From: Catajapyx aquilonaris
Lineage: Eukaryota
NCBI GenBank assembly: GCA_000934665.2
Contig: KZ538033.1
Span: 62,001-126,000, forward strand
Length of the DNA: 64,000 nt
Direction of reading: 5' to 3'
This document shows, one piece after another, positions 40,001 to 54,430 of this stretch. The translations under genes were made by a program, and so were the position numbers. The notes under the pieces are model-generated. The model was given only the letters and a program-made list of their open reading frames with translations, searched no databases and was not told where the DNA came from. Every line of letters begins with the position of its first letter. Position 1 is the stretch's first letter.

Positions 40001-43000
40001 GAATGAACAGACCGCAGAGTCTACACGCTACGTGTATAGCTCTAATAAATCGAAAGCCGATTTCCATTTGTTTTGCGGAAAAAAAGCCTTCCCCCCCAGT
40101 GCAAATAAAGTTTTACAGTCTTTCCCCCCCTAAAACCTGCGGTCTTTTTCTATGCAAAACTATTCCGGGTCGCACAAAGGTAAACTTCCAGCACATTTCC
40201 AGGCATGGAAACTGCATCCAATGCTATCGATTTTATTCCGGGTGCAAAATTGCAGTTGCAACTAGCTTTATGACGAGGGCCTCGGTGCAAAACTGCTGAC
40301 GAGCAATGAAATTGCACGAACAAAGCTCACTTCCAACAGAGTACTAAGATATGCAAGATGCAGTACCGGGCCTTCCAACTTTGTGGTGGAAAAGCAATTA
40401 TTTTACCAACTCGCACCAGCAGAGGCTTGTATTACCTAACAAGCACCGCAATTCAATTTAACCTTTTGTGTGCCAATTGTGTACGCAGCATATGGCAAGG
40501 AAGAGATGGAAATGGGACGTTTTCAAAACATGTTTCCTTTTATTTGTATGCGTCGCCATACAAAATAGCAGCACGCATTGTGAGTTCCCGCAGCAACTGT
40601 AGATAAATTAGTCATACCACTAGTATTACAGAATAGTGTTTCCTCTACATGTATGTACTATATCGCTCAAAAAAGGAGACGATTTTGGATTTGGTTTCCG
40701 CGATATAGTATACCTACTCATTTTAGTGTAAGAACAACAAATCCAGCCATCGGATGCTAAAGTGAATGTTTATTAATATCTTTATGTTTAAACAATGTAA
40801 CATAATTACCTGTACAGTCACACGAGCTAGTTAAGCAACATCTGTATGATTAACACAGATATTCAGGTTCACACAAACGGTCCTTACATTTGAAAAAAAT
40901 TATTTCAAATGCAAAAAGTCTTTGAGAGAAGCTTTTCGAGTTCTGCCAACCTAGCCGAAACTTCATCCGAATTTGAATGTCAGCCCATTTGGAGATATTG
41001 ATCAAGAAGTCCAACGGCAAAGGTTACGTCTAGAAGTCAAAGCAGGGCAAAACTTCAGGTCCTGAGGAAAACTCCGGGAACCACCCCAACACCTTATTAG
41101 CACTTGGGGCCACTGGAAAGACTAGGGTCTTTGCTCCGGATTCTGTTTTGAATTCATCAACACCGGCTTCCCCTCTTGCACACATTAAAGGGTCTCGAGT
41201 TTGTGAATTATATATTTAAATTACGCCAAGGTGAACCCTCCAGCTCCTTCTAGTGATATAATAGGAGGCGGAACCATGAGAAAAAGAAGAGTGCTGGAAT
41301 TACCCGTAATAAATTTTCGCTTGGGTTTTCTCCAAACCCAGGGAAGCAATAAAACGCTGAGCTCTCGTCTAAGTAGCCCAGAAGTCGTAAGTTGCGTGTC
41401 CTGGTGGCGTCAGGTGCACCGTACCTGCCCCATTCTTCACGTGCGTTTTCCATTTCAACACTCGAGCCTTCCGTCCCCCGAACCCCCTCAGGACACACAC
41501 ACACACGACAAAAAAAACGTGACACAAACGCTCGTCACGTCAACCGAGGACCGGAGCTCTTCTCCACATCGCCCCGGTACTTGTCAACAACTCGAGTTCG
41601 CAACCGGACGACACGTGATGACACTATACACTCCCTGTGCTGGCACCGACACTTGACGCTAATACCCGAAACGGTGTTCAGAAAGGGGGAGTCCTCCCCA
41701 CATCATAGAGCACACACGCAAAATGTGATCATTTTTTTTTGGAATTGTCGCTCCTTTTTTTCAGTAAGATATTGAGAAATTCATTCTGAATATGTGTGCA
41801 GATTTGTTTAAAAACCATGAGACACGCCGGTTGAAAATATTGCTCAAATCTACAAAAAGATGCCACGGAATATTTCACCAAAAAAGAGGGTAGGAACAGC
41901 GCAAATCACCTAGGCAAACACCTAAAAATTGGGGTGTTTATACCTGCAGGCAGTAACGATGTGCAAATTAACTAATGACGAATAAACACGGTGGATGTTC
42001 GGACCTATCCCTCTTTAAAAAAAACAGGAATGGCCATCTATAACTCTCCAGTGGCTATTATCAGGGGGTACTGCCGGGGTAGTTTTCAATGCGACGGTTA
42101 TCCTACCCAAGGCATCGACGAGCTTTGTACAGCCGCGTTCGTGCAGATAAACCAATCTCACCACGCAATCCACCAAGTCGAAAAGCTTCCTCCCTTCCAA
42201 ACCCACCACCACCAACACCCACCCCTCTCTCGTGGATCTAAATATTCCCTCAGGCTTTATCCCCACGCTCCACCGGATGCTAAGAGCTACTATACAACTG
42301 TGATTTTTGATATCAAGCATGGAGGCCCCCCAAATAACATCATATTTACAAAATTGCAGGGTTATGTCACGAAATCAGTTAGCTCGGACCTAACTGAAAT
42401 TTTTATTAAATGCAGTAAAAATGCAATTAAAATGTTGCCACCTCGCCATGGCCATTTGCAATTTATTAAAAATCCTCTTGATCTACACTCTACCGCATAT
42501 AACATCCATATTGCATGTTAAAACACTGATTATTTATTAACCAATATGTAACCTACTGTTTGCTTTAACATTGCCAGCTTTAAAACCGTGATGAAACTTT
42601 CGGGCAGTGGAACCATACTGGGGAGTGATAGTTGGCGCATCCATCCAACAGTGCAAATGCCCCCGGTGCCAACTGCCCGGGGCAGAAGTGAAATGTGATT
42701 TTTTTTTTTTTGTTCAACTCATTCTCTCTCCATAATAAATGAAATCTACCATTCGGAGCAGGAACGAGTGACAACTTTCTGCCAGAGTTCCACAGAAGTG
42801 AAAAACAAACATCACGATATTTTACGTCGAATCAACACCCAAAGAGTTATACGGTCAAATTAATCAGTCCAATTATAATTTTTCAACTTAAAACTGCAAC
42901 AATGATGGATACTCAATCCGGAGAAAAATTGTTGCCAGTTTTCTCTCTAGTGCCCACACCAATTAAGAGTGGCCATCCATACCTTTCCCGGGCCCGGAAC

Positions 43001-43152
43001 ACTTTGTCCGGAAAGTGTTCTTCATTTTGCCAGAGAGGTTCGGACGTGAATTGCAGTGAACGCGTGCACCTGTGGCAAATTTCATTTCGGCGCCACCTTA
43101 ATCACTAGGGAAATGTACCCAAGTGTCTAGATTCCCATAACTGCTTTGGAGA

Positions 43153-43193
43153 NNNNNNNNNNNNNNNNNNNNNNNNNNNNNNNNNNNNNNNNN
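43153..43193. other. Assembly gap (41 N)
   Basis: Run of n characters. Confidence 0.98.
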
Positions 43194-44529
43194 GTCCAGG
43201 TCCCGAAACAGCTCCCTATAGGGTTTGGAAAAGGGAAGAGGTCCCATCGGTGTTTTCAAGCCTAACTAGAAAATCCGGAGATTGAAGAATCGGAAGGGTA
43301 TAAGGATAGCCTGAGGATATCAAGTATCGAGCCCGGCTCATCCGAATGGAAATGGCGAACGGTCACAGCTTTTTAATTAGTACATGTTCAGGGCAGCCGC
43401 TATCTCCACGGGGAAAACTTTTCCGAATACGGTCCATTAGGAGTTCGGCCAATTTCCTGTGCCCATTATCAACGTCTTTAAGTTCCAACTGGCTACGGTT
43501 GGGGGTCGAAAAGGCCGTCAATGGAACTCGCCATGGGAATCAGGCCAAAACTGGACTCGGCTGCAAAACTTCTGCTCGCACAGCCAGATAATCGGTGACG
43601 GTGACCTAACTGGCCGGCAGGGTCCAGAACAGGCGAGGGTATAAGAAGCTCCCGGCTCTTCATGGTCACTTCACCGCTCTCTGGAGGACGGTTGGGCTTC
43701 CTAAACGCCGATTCCTGAGTTGCGCTATGGCCAAGTTCAGCAGAAAGCGGAGGTAAAATAGAGACGAACACAAAATATCCACAGTTCACCGGTCGAGCCG
43801 CTAGATGGCCTCCGGATGGAGGTGACATCTAACGGCAGTAATGAGCACCGTGATCAATTGCCAGTTGGCAGCTTGAAATTAGCAATTTATTTACTAAAAT
43901 GAGCTTCTAATGTTGCGTTGAAATAAATAAAAACAATAAACAGCATAATAAAATTATAATTAATTAATAGCCCTACTATCGAGTAAATCATGTATAAAAT
44001 ATATAATTTTAATACATACGCGTGAGGTAAACGCCGTGGGTCAGGCACAGGACATATCTGATACAAAGTACAGTACATATCCATCCAGCTCCCCAAAAAT
44101 ATGGACATCGAGAGCCAATACTTTTGCGTAGGACACTGACACACGATAGCCAGTCAAGTGCGGCAAAATTATTTCCCAGGGTTGACTTTTTGATAACGTC
44201 AACCGGTGACAGGAATTATGTTTAAAGAGTATTAATGTGCCGCCATAACACCAGCAGTTTATGTTTCCGGAGATGCATTCCGAAACTACCAGCTTGTTTA
44301 AACGCGAATCTCGTTTCTGCGTATAATGAGTCCGGTGTCAGGTTACGTGGAAACATGAGTGGAATAAATTCTCCATCATAATAAACTACCCCGCGCGTAA
44401 TCTCGGGGAGTATCTGCCGGGGCCACGGGTTCTGTTAATTTATGCACGAGATCTAAGATGTCTGCTCCAAAACGCAAACACACAACACAAACACCTTGTT
44501 CCCCCATGGAAAACTTCTGTGTACCTGAC

Positions 44530-44740
44530 CAAAGCTGAGCAATATCAAAATATGTATATTATCAAAATATCGATATATCGATATACACAGTATATATCTA
44601 ATAATGTTGAAATAAAATTCGATATATCGATATTTTAGCTAGAATGTCATAAATTCGATATCTTTAGATATACTATCGCAAATTTCATTTCTGATGTGTA
44701 ATTTTTTCAAAATATCGATCAATTGAGATGATATCTATCG
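44530..44740. repeat. ATCGATAT-rich patch with an 18-bp perfect inverted repeat; probable decayed DNA-transposon (MITE) end or DRE cluster
   Basis: TATCGATA at 44568, 44576 and 44625. AAAATATCGATATATCGA (44564-44581) is the exact reverse complement of 44619-44636. Further degenerate CGATA/TATCG words continue to about 44740. Outer boundaries are approximate. Confidence 0.65.
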
Positions 44741-45080
44741 GTTAATCAAAAAATCTCTCGAGACTACGGCTGACCCCAAAAAGGCCATCAGTCTCGAGGT
44801 GAGGTTGCTTTGGTCGTGTCAGGACGAAGCGCGTGCCTTTCTGGCTGGAAGCGTGCGCGTCCCTGGCCGTTGAGTGACCGGAACTACAATTACACGCACC
44901 ATGCTCGTAACTTCCAAAACAACCGCGGGGGCCTATCCCTATTTGCCTTTGATCTAAAACATGGGGCCAGCTGTCCCAACTGCAGCAGCAGCACCAATCG
45001 CTCCTGCGTCCGATCCATATGGCCCCATGTTTTTGCGATCAATAACTGGCCTCCTTCAATTTCTTGGCCTGCGCTGGGAC

Positions 45081-45084
<4 letters not shown>

Positions 45085-45115
<31 letters not shown>
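45085..45115. repeat. (TG)15 microsatellite
   Basis: Uninterrupted TG dinucleotide run. Confidence 0.97.
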
Positions 45116-45116
<1 letters not shown>

Positions 45117-48051
45117 GCACAGGCCACCCCCTAATATCTGACTACAAACCGACCCTATTTACATATTTACTGTGTCATCCCCCTAGCGCCAATTCAGCGC
45201 GCCACATGTTCATTATGATGGCGCCCGCACAATGGCCGTTTTTCAACAAATATATGCTGTAAGTACAAAGGTTAACTGTCATAAGCGAGCCTCCTGTCTG
45301 TATAATTTTTTTAGGTCCGCGGGAATAATGGTGTAACTAAATCCTGTCCAATCACGTTAATAGCATAAACAAACCAACAGCTTTTATGTCCGTACCTGTG
45401 CCGCTACATAAGTAGCAAAAATTCTAGCTCGTCTGTCCTTTTTTATCCGACAATGTTTCCATTTGAAATGAACAGCATCTCTATAGTTGTACCGAGAACA
45501 AAACTACCGGTACTCCTATTGTTTACACAAAATAGCTCGTAACAAATTTGGGTCATAGGTCGTCGACAATTTTTGTTGAAAATTTATATTTGATAATTTG
45601 TACGAGTAAGTAATGTTTCGACTTTATCATATTTTCAAAGTGGAACACCAGCCTAATGTATTGTTTTCACAAATACGGTAAAAGTTGCAATTATTGTGCA
45701 TTTTTGATCGTTGCTATGTGGATATGCCCTTGAGAGACGATTTCTTTCGTCTCTGTTGAATATAAGCGACATGCCCCATATTTATTGTATGCATTAAGGA
45801 AGAATCCGACTGTTTGTCACACAGACCTCAAAATATTCCGTATATCCCCCATTTATCCGGTCTGATTTCCGAGCTCTGAGCCAAACCCCTTCCCTTCCAT
45901 TACTTCTCGCTAAATGAAAGACAGCAGATGACAGCCATGAAATATACCCACCGACTGCATAAAAAACCCTCCAAGCCCTGTTTTAAACCGCCCGACTAGT
46001 CAATTCCAGTCAAATAAATTTTGAAATCCCGTCCCTTATACCCAACTACATCCGCCCGCACTAGATCCGTCTCTTGGCTGCCGAGCCATCATCATCACAA
46101 CCAGGCAGCAGGAAACTGCTTCAAACTTGACTCATTCCTCATTCCGTTTCCTCTCTGGCAACCGCAAGTCGTTGGTAGCAACTTGCAGGCGAGGCTTGGA
46201 AGGTGAGACATTTCTACCACCCACCCTCCTTGCACCTCCCCCCAAAACCCAGTCGCCCCTCACGAAAATCGCGTGTTCCGAGCCCCCTCTCCTGTCGCAG
46301 AGGTGCCATTTTGACAGAGTCGTCTCTGTCCCCGTAGAGACCCATCTCCATTCACTTCTGGAGGTCTGCAACCCTTACACCAAAACTCGTCCCATTTTTC
46401 AACCGCACTATTTTCTCCAAAAATTCAGAGAAAAGTTCTCTAAAAAATGGGGAAGCCGTTATTTGTAACCGCTATTGGAAGCAGTAGTTATGCTATATTC
46501 CTGAAATGCTTTTTTTCCACAACTTGAACTGTCATTGCCGTACTTTTCTCACAGTAAAAAGGACCGGTTTCCAACCGGACCCAGGTCTTCATTCTGGTCT
46601 TGTATAAGAGGTCGTAAAGACACCTACTGGCAGCACTTAAATGACATCCGCGGCTTGTTGGATTCTCCCTGGCGGTAGAAAGTGCTCATCTAAATCCATC
46701 CAATCAGCCCCAAACACTAAAATGGTATTTATTGTCCCTTACGCGTCATGCCAGTCGAATCAATAGAATTGGTTCTCTCATGGGGTAGATTCTACCATGT
46801 CATTTAACTTAACGGCGTTATTTACTGTTCGAGTTTCTGCTGTGTGTCCACTATAGCACTGCTCCAAAATAATTGTGTGTTTGTAACAAGTAATGCCCAT
46901 TAATTTTCCTGAATTTTTATCTGAAAGTCTTTTCTCTTGAAACAAATGACCTCAATACCTCGTTCCTTTGAGCCATAAAATCAATATAGATTACCGCGGA
47001 ACAAGAAGCGCCAAATTAGACGTCAAAAATGGGGGTCTGGCGATAGCTTCCGATAAAAAATATACTCGTATAGTTCCAGAGGGCAGGATTGCTTCTACCC
47101 TTCACCCTCTCTCTTGAAATTATATCCTTTCCATAGCACACTGGGCTCAGCATGGCCAAATTATTGGTTATAACCAGTCAGAGCTCAACCTAATTATTCC
47201 CGTGTAGGACACATTTGTTGATTTTTCATTAGCCGTAGGCAGTCCGTCTCAATTCAACTATCGACGCTCAAGTTTATTAAGCCTTTAATTCAGACCACTA
47301 ATGAAGTAGAATGGAATTCGTAATTCGCTTTCCTTCGCTTCATTTTTCACTCCCCCCTCAGAAACTTGCACCGAAATTAATACTATTCCGCCAGAAGGCT
47401 CTCTTGCAAGTCCCTCCTTTCATAAACCATAAACTGACATAACCCAAGCAGGGGCCCGGGACCCCCGAAAACCTCATTTCCATCCAGGCCCCCGCTCGAC
47501 TGCCATTATTCCCGGATAATCCTGCTACTAAAATATATGGCGACATTCCTAACCTCGAAAACCATCGAAAACAACTGAAAAGCTCCCGATTTTCCTATTT
47601 TAAAATAATAATAAAAACATGCGAAGAAAACGTGTGCCTGGATCCGACAATGCATCAGACAAGCGAGGATTTTACAGGTTAATTCCCTAGGCCGGAGCTC
47701 ATTTGGACCCAGGTCGGGGGGCCGGCCATTTTATGACCACTCAGAACCCAGTTACGGTCCCCCCGCTCCATTCGCACACTGGCCTGGTCGAAACAGCCAT
47801 CAAACGTGTCGTTAGCGTGGAGAAACATCGAGCAGATCCAGGCCAACTCTTTATGGCGCCTGGGGCTCCTTGACGCACAGACGTCTCTGCAAAAACCCAC
47901 GCCGAGTCGAAAAGTCCATCCGATTCGTATACACACACACGTAGTGCCTTACGCCTCTTTTAGATGGCGCATACTTCCTCTCTGCACACTGCTGCCACTC
48001 GCGAGGGTAAGTGGTACTACATGCACCTGAATGACAACTCACCTCATGCAA

Positions 48052-48070
48052 ACAGACAGACAGACAGACA
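48052..48070. repeat. Short (ACAG)n tetranucleotide repeat
   Basis: ACAGACAGACAGACAGACA. Confidence 0.8.
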
Positions 48071-51000
48071 CAGCCAATTAGTAGCATGAGTTTTTGTTAA
48101 CGTAAACATAAAGTACCTAATGTATCAGACTCTTACATATTTTTGTAAAAAAAAAATCGGGCTCACTTGTATGTACTGTACAGTACACGACAAGACTGTA
48201 AATCAGGGCAGGTAAAAAGCTTGAGACTCGCTGGTCCATATAGCACTGTATACCGGAGACTCTCCATGGCGGGCTGCCTTGTGAAAAGGCCTGGAGGAGG
48301 TCCGAGTATAGTAAGGGAGCCAGGATCTATCGGTCCATTGAGCACATGCCCAAGAGGACCGCAACATATAGCTATTGGGAGAAGTGGTTCCCAAAGCATC
48401 TCAGCTTGTGGCACGGAACTCACCTCATCGTCCTATTTCAAGTCCGAGGGGTCTGCCTTATATACTTGGAGAGCCTCGGATGGGGAAAGGATCTTAAACC
48501 ATAACATGGGGGGAGGGGGAGGCCTAGAAAGGTTCGGATTAGACCAAACCGCCTGGAAACAGGAAGCTGGAGTATGCCAGCTATGTATAAAGTGGTTTAG
48601 CCAAGTTCAGAAGGGAAAAGGAAAAGACCGTACCTGTCTTTTGAACGCTGCCAAATACTGTGCACGACCACTAAACAGTTCAAGTTTACATAGTTCCGTG
48701 CTGCTCTTGAATAAAGTATGGGGTCGGTCGTGCGGAAGCAGCGGGTCAGATATACTAACCAGGGTTGAATATAACTAGCTACACACCAGCGCACCTTGCT
48801 TGATGTTGAACTTGGGATATGGAAATGTCCGGTTGCACCATTACCCACAGGGGGAAAGATACGGATGTGTAAATATGAAAATATGTAAATTAGGGCAAAA
48901 AATTCCACAAATTAAGTACAAAAATTATTTGAATCAAGACTGTACTTATTAATCATAATTAATTAGGAAAATTATATTTCTGAAAGATATATACATGCAA
49001 GGTGGTCCAATTGGCTATAACTATACTGGTTTTTAAGCAGTAACCTTTATTGGTTATCAAGAGTAATTATATGCTAACATTAGGCCATATTTAATCAAAT
49101 TTTCAAGGATAGAATTTCATAAATATTTGCGTTCAACATGTGGAACACGTACCTTTTTGCTCAGATGCTACACAATTAGTGGCATCCGGTGCGTGCACAT
49201 TTAACCTAACTCGTCGGTTAACTGAGCCGCCCCGTGCCATTTTAACCTGTGTTTCATTAACTGCGACCCATAAAAATGAGTCGCATCTGATTCCCCCTCA
49301 AAACTTCCGATGCAAATGCACAGTACACTGATTGGCATTCATTGGCGCGTAACAGTCGTCAAAAAAGCGCAACATTTGCCATGGCCCCGATCACTGCTGA
49401 CAAAGTGAACGTGACAGCATAAATTTTCAATAAAGATCCTCGATCAAGAGAGCTAATTGCGCATCCATCTCTGGCCGGCCATCATAGTTGCCCCCAGTCA
49501 GGCGACCCAACTCTCTCTCTCTTCTCTACTCTATAGTGTATAACCCTCCATTCCATTGCATGCAGCCAAGCTCGACTACAAAGTTCCCCTGCGCTCATCC
49601 CCTGGCACCAGAATCATCTGATAGGGGAATAAACACCACGTAACCCTCCGCGGTAATCTAGGTCCCCAGCACACTAACTGCTTGTCCCCAGACGAAGGAG
49701 GAACGCTCCAGCAAGAGACACGCTTCGTCCTCTCTTTATCTCAATTGCAAGGGACTCTCCCAGTTAAGACAAAGTCCGAAAATGTTAGCTCACACTGTAC
49801 CTGCACACTTGGAGTCTGATTCACTCCAAACGTTCCAGAGATAGACACCTGCAAGCCCAGTTACTTCTGTTCAAACTATAGTCAAACTGATGAGCAGTGC
49901 AACACCCTGTATACTACATAGTGTAATGAGAAATGGAAAAGTCTAGATCGATTCCCTCTTCGCACCCACCGGATAATTACAGACCTCCGGGTTTTGCGCT
50001 AATGATCAAAAGTTTTGGCAAGATTTGGCAGAGTTTTGCAAAACTTGCGAGTTGCATTGGTTGAATAATTAAGGGGCAAAAAAAGGTGTACTTACATAGT
50101 TTTGGGCGAGGTCCGGATGATTCGTCTGGATTCCGTCGTCCAAAATGGAGACCACGATTCCCTTTCCGCTGTAGCCCTTCTTCCAAGCAGGCTCGACGTT
50201 CATGTCGAAACCATCTTTGGCACCACCATTCTGTCAAAGGGAAACGAGCATGATGAGTGGAAATTTCAGGAAAGAATATTAGAACTGTGTTTTGCATAAT
50301 TATATAACAATAGCAACATAAAATTACTTTTAATGGAATTTATGCATTTGTAACACTTCATTATGTGGTTCATGTACAAATAAAATATTTACTTGGCATG
50401 ATAATGGTTTTGCTTGGAGCACACCAAAGCCACAAATGCACAAAACCAAGTATAACTAGCCGCATTAAATTATTTTATAAAAACAAACAAACGCAACATT
50501 GCCCTACGAAAGAGTAAGTCAGCAATGGAGTACACTGAAGTCGAGTAGAAAATTAGATAAACACACAAACTGACAAAACATCAAAACAACTACTTTCTAA
50601 TCACAACAAGAGCCTATTATATCACTCATCCCTACGGTATAATGGGTCCGGACTCTATTTATGTCACGTATGACTTGAATGTATTTACCAAAAAATGGAC
50701 AGCATTCCCCTAAATAAACTGTCCATCGCTCATACAAATATCAACCATCAACAAAGCAATAACTTCAATACACAGTAATATGCGAACAGTCTTCATCTGT
50801 CAGCATTTATATTAAGCATGACACAACACAATAATACACCAAAATAAGCTCCGACTCCGAGTAAATAATTATCCAAACAGTAGTATATATGAACAGCCTT
50901 CAGCTCTTGGCATTTGCTCATCTACATAATTACAATGCCAAGAAATAACAGTGAAAATAATCACAGTTTTGTCATTATTCATTACCATAGGCTTCATCAT

Positions 51001-54000
51001 CAAAATCCTACTTTGACTATAATTTCTCACAAATTTTATCGCTTTTCTGGCTGTAAGTAGGTTGTGCCTTCCGGACCACTCGCCTGACGCGGATGCGTTA
51101 CAAGCCCCCCACATATGTAAAATCCCCACTCACATCGCGCCTTTCCCCGCTGGAATTAATTGAGCAAGTGAGTGCGCGGATATCCGGAGCCCTGTAGGGG
51201 TTCCTCCGCATGAAAAGGTCGCAAACACAGATTAAACCACGCGACACATTATAACTTTCCCATGCTAACCAACAAGCCTCCCCCTACCAAGTCACTGCCA
51301 GGAGATAACGTCATACACACCCAGGTGAAACGAGCAAGTGTGACAAGTGCACGCTGAATAATGAACGGCATACGCTAACCCCTAACGCCATGTAGCACCT
51401 CATTCCCCAAACACCGCAGCTAACAGGCTTTTGAAAATGGATTCCTGTGTAAGCCGGAAGCTCCTTACATCGCGATTGCCTCAGGGAAAATCCGGCGCCC
51501 CGGATTATCCCATTCTTCCGGGTTGTCTCTTTTCATTCTCCGGTGCAGCTCCCCGGATAGCACCAAAAAAAACAACTGAGAAGCAGCATCCATAAAAAGT
51601 CGTTTCCGTGTCCACGCACGGCCACGTGCGCAAATTACATTCCCGGGTGTCCATCTTAGACGTTCGCCATTGCTATTCGTCGCCATTGCCAGCTCAAAGT
51701 TGCGAATTCCTTCGACGCTCACACAAATTGTTCTTGCCACTCTTAGAATGCCATTTTTTTCTCCAGGAAATGCCTTGCGAAATTTTTTGTTGGAGCTTCT
51801 AGTGTGATGCTGCACGATTTTCCTCTCTTGTTCTCTGGTCTTGTCTAGTGGCTAGCATATGCCCACAGGTTTTTGTCACTGGAATTCCTAGCGACACTTT
51901 CTTTTCTCTTTTTTTTTACGACCGCCAACTTTTAGCCTCATCCTCGTCGCGCGGTGGTACCACAAAAATTAAAGTGTCTCCATTTCGGTGTGAAACTATG
52001 AAGAGATATCAGCCCAGGAGTTTTCGCAGTGGGGAAAAAAGGGGTTCGTTGTTTGCAAAAGGGGATAATCTCACGGAAAGATAAGTAATGACCAGAATTT
52101 TACAACTTTCTATTCAAGCCAAACGCATTCATGACAAGAACCGAGTAGACAACGTCTTAGAAATATTGTTGCTCATCCGCTCGGAAAAACATGCATTCTA
52201 ATAATTCAGAGTGACAATAACTTTACCCATTAATTTCACAAGAGTTTAGCTACTTTCAGAATAATACTATGTAAAAATAACTCGAAAAAACCACGTAACA
52301 GAGCGAACATTTCAGATACTGTCAGCTTCAAACAGAGGCCATTGCACTAACGAGAATCTGACGGTATCAATACCATATTGGTTCCAATACCATAATGATA
52401 TCAATATCAAATTCCAAATACGCATCCACGTATCGCATTAATCTGTCACTTTAAATCAATATATCCGGCGCATTAATCCCGCTGATTTTTGCTGACACAT
52501 GTAATTACGTGTCCCACATGTAATAGTATAAGCTACATGTATAATATGTCAGCAACGATGAATAAAGGACCGATCACGTGATCAGGTTGACTAATTTACA
52601 CCCCGCTTTTTTAAATTAAAAAAGTTTGTCCCTGGTATTACAGCCTCCTTGATTATTAACACGACCGCACCCGGTTCCTCAGAGTCTCAGGGAGGATATT
52701 CAGTGTGACAGATTCACTAACTTGGTTCCAGCTCTTCCCTTGGCGCGAATCGTGGCTAAACGTATCCGCAACGGATTCCACCTACCGGGGCTAACTCTTG
52801 GCAAAATCATCCAGCCCGAAAGCCTCTGGCCATAGTTGGCAGGTCGTCAAAAGCAGCGTTGCCATTTCCCAAAAACCAGTGCAACTTAGTTTTTAAAGTG
52901 CGGACATTCCTTACAAAAAGAAATTATTTCTATCGACATTAGTCTAAGTAGAAATTACCAGTGACAAAATACAGGCTTGTGGCACACATTCAGGTTACGA
53001 TCGTATCTGGAGGCTATGACGTGACACAACCCTGCACTGCGGCCGTGTTCAGGTGTAAGTACAATCCGGCATTAGTCGAATATTCACGACTGAAGCCTTG
53101 GGAAGCTTAGTGGTGCCTCCATCTTTGAAATTAGGGGAAGGGGAAGGCAGGATGGCCCTATCATCCTGAGGGAGGGGCTGGGAGAGGCATTAACCCACCC
53201 ACCCCCCACGCATATTCATTCCCAAGAGAGCCCGGAGAGCTAGGGAAACTGGGAATCCTTCCAAAGTTGTACGGGACGCACAAGTGGCGCATCAAAACGA
53301 ATCCCACCCCCCCGTAACGGAATCCCAATAAAATCAGAATACCGCTCAGAACAGCCGATGTAGTCCGACTGCGGAACCAAATCCAGCCCCAAGCGCGCAA
53401 TTTCCAAAAGCCTTCCATTTCCTCTCCAAACTACCACCACTCCTCACTCCATCGATTTCCACTCCTTCCCTGCTTTTTTTCCCTTCATTTCTTCCCATTT
53501 TACCTCTTCCAACAGCCTTAAAGCTGCCAGCTGCTAATCGCAATTATTCTCTTCCTTTTGGACCAATCAGTAGGAAAAGGGTCGCAGGTGTCCGCAACAT
53601 GGCCGAAATATTCTTACTGCACGACACAATCATTTGCCAGTCGCAGTTTCAAGCCACTCGACTCGAAAATATTCCAAGGGACGGTAAATCGTGGCGGCTC
53701 ATGCAATTTTCAAGTCCAGAAGGAAACGACGACAGCGGAGGAGAAGACGGGGATCGTTTTGCGCCGGGGGCGGTTGCAGCCTGCGGTGCAGATTGAGCCG
53801 TAAATTTGACTTTCCATACAGAACTATATAGAGCTAGGGCTTATATTATCCCTGAATTCACAACTCCATCTTTCATGGCACTTAACCCTTAGACCGTTTT
53901 TCCAGGGGGGATATCAACACACTGCTGCCGGCGACCTAATACTTCAGATTTGGACGCAACTTGAATGAAGCTGGACGCAAGATTGACGTCTTGAAAACGT

Positions 54001-54183
54001 AAGCCGCTTACCGGTCTGTCACTCTTCCAACGAAGGATTCCAGCTATTTGGACGTGCTGATAGAAAATGTCAGAATATTCAAGCCCCTTAGGGGCAACTG
54101 CGACAAAATTGGTACATAACATTTGTTCCTGAATTTTTACGGTTAAAGACGATTTAATATAGTGTAATGCCCAGGATATGTGA

Positions 54184-54331
54184 TTCAATTGTTTCATTCA
54201 TGTTTGTTGTTCAATTGTTTTGTTCTTGTTGATCGTTCTTGTTATGTGTTATTCAATTGTTTCGTTCTTGTTAAATGTTATTCAATCGTTTGTTGTTGTT
54301 GTCATGACTTGTTAAGTATTGTTCAATTGTT
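54184..54331 (+). repeat. T/G-rich U3 segment with five TTCAAT(T/C)GTT motifs
   Basis: TTCAATTGTT at 54184, 54210, 54252 and 54322, and TTCAATCGTT at 54281, embedded in TTG-rich low-complexity sequence. Confidence 0.85.
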
Positions 54332-54390
54332 TTATTAGTTGTTGATGTTGTATAATTCCGTTGTCATGTTTTTGTAAACAAACTTTGCAC

Positions 54391-54430
54391 TATAAAAAGA
54401 GGCGTACTGAGCCTGCGGGGTCAGTCAGTC
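54391..54430 (+). promoter_or_regulatory. Pol II core promoter of the LTR (TATA box plus TCAGT initiator)
   Basis: TATAAAA at 54391-54397 lies 30 bp upstream of TCAGTCAGTC at 54421-54430. TCAGT is the arthropod-type initiator core and the TATA-Inr spacing is canonical. Confidence 0.7.

Noticed and set aside
41991..42521. 176-aa ORF with a short His-rich stretch
   Set aside because: The His run derives from CAC low complexity; no domain or splice support.
48172..48187. 16-bp palindrome TGTACTGTACAGTACA
   Set aside because: About one is expected by chance in 64 kb.
48167..48778. 203-aa ORF as a transposon or gene remnant
   Set aside because: I could identify no RT, integrase, transposase or other motif. 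BLASTX would be needed to rescue it.
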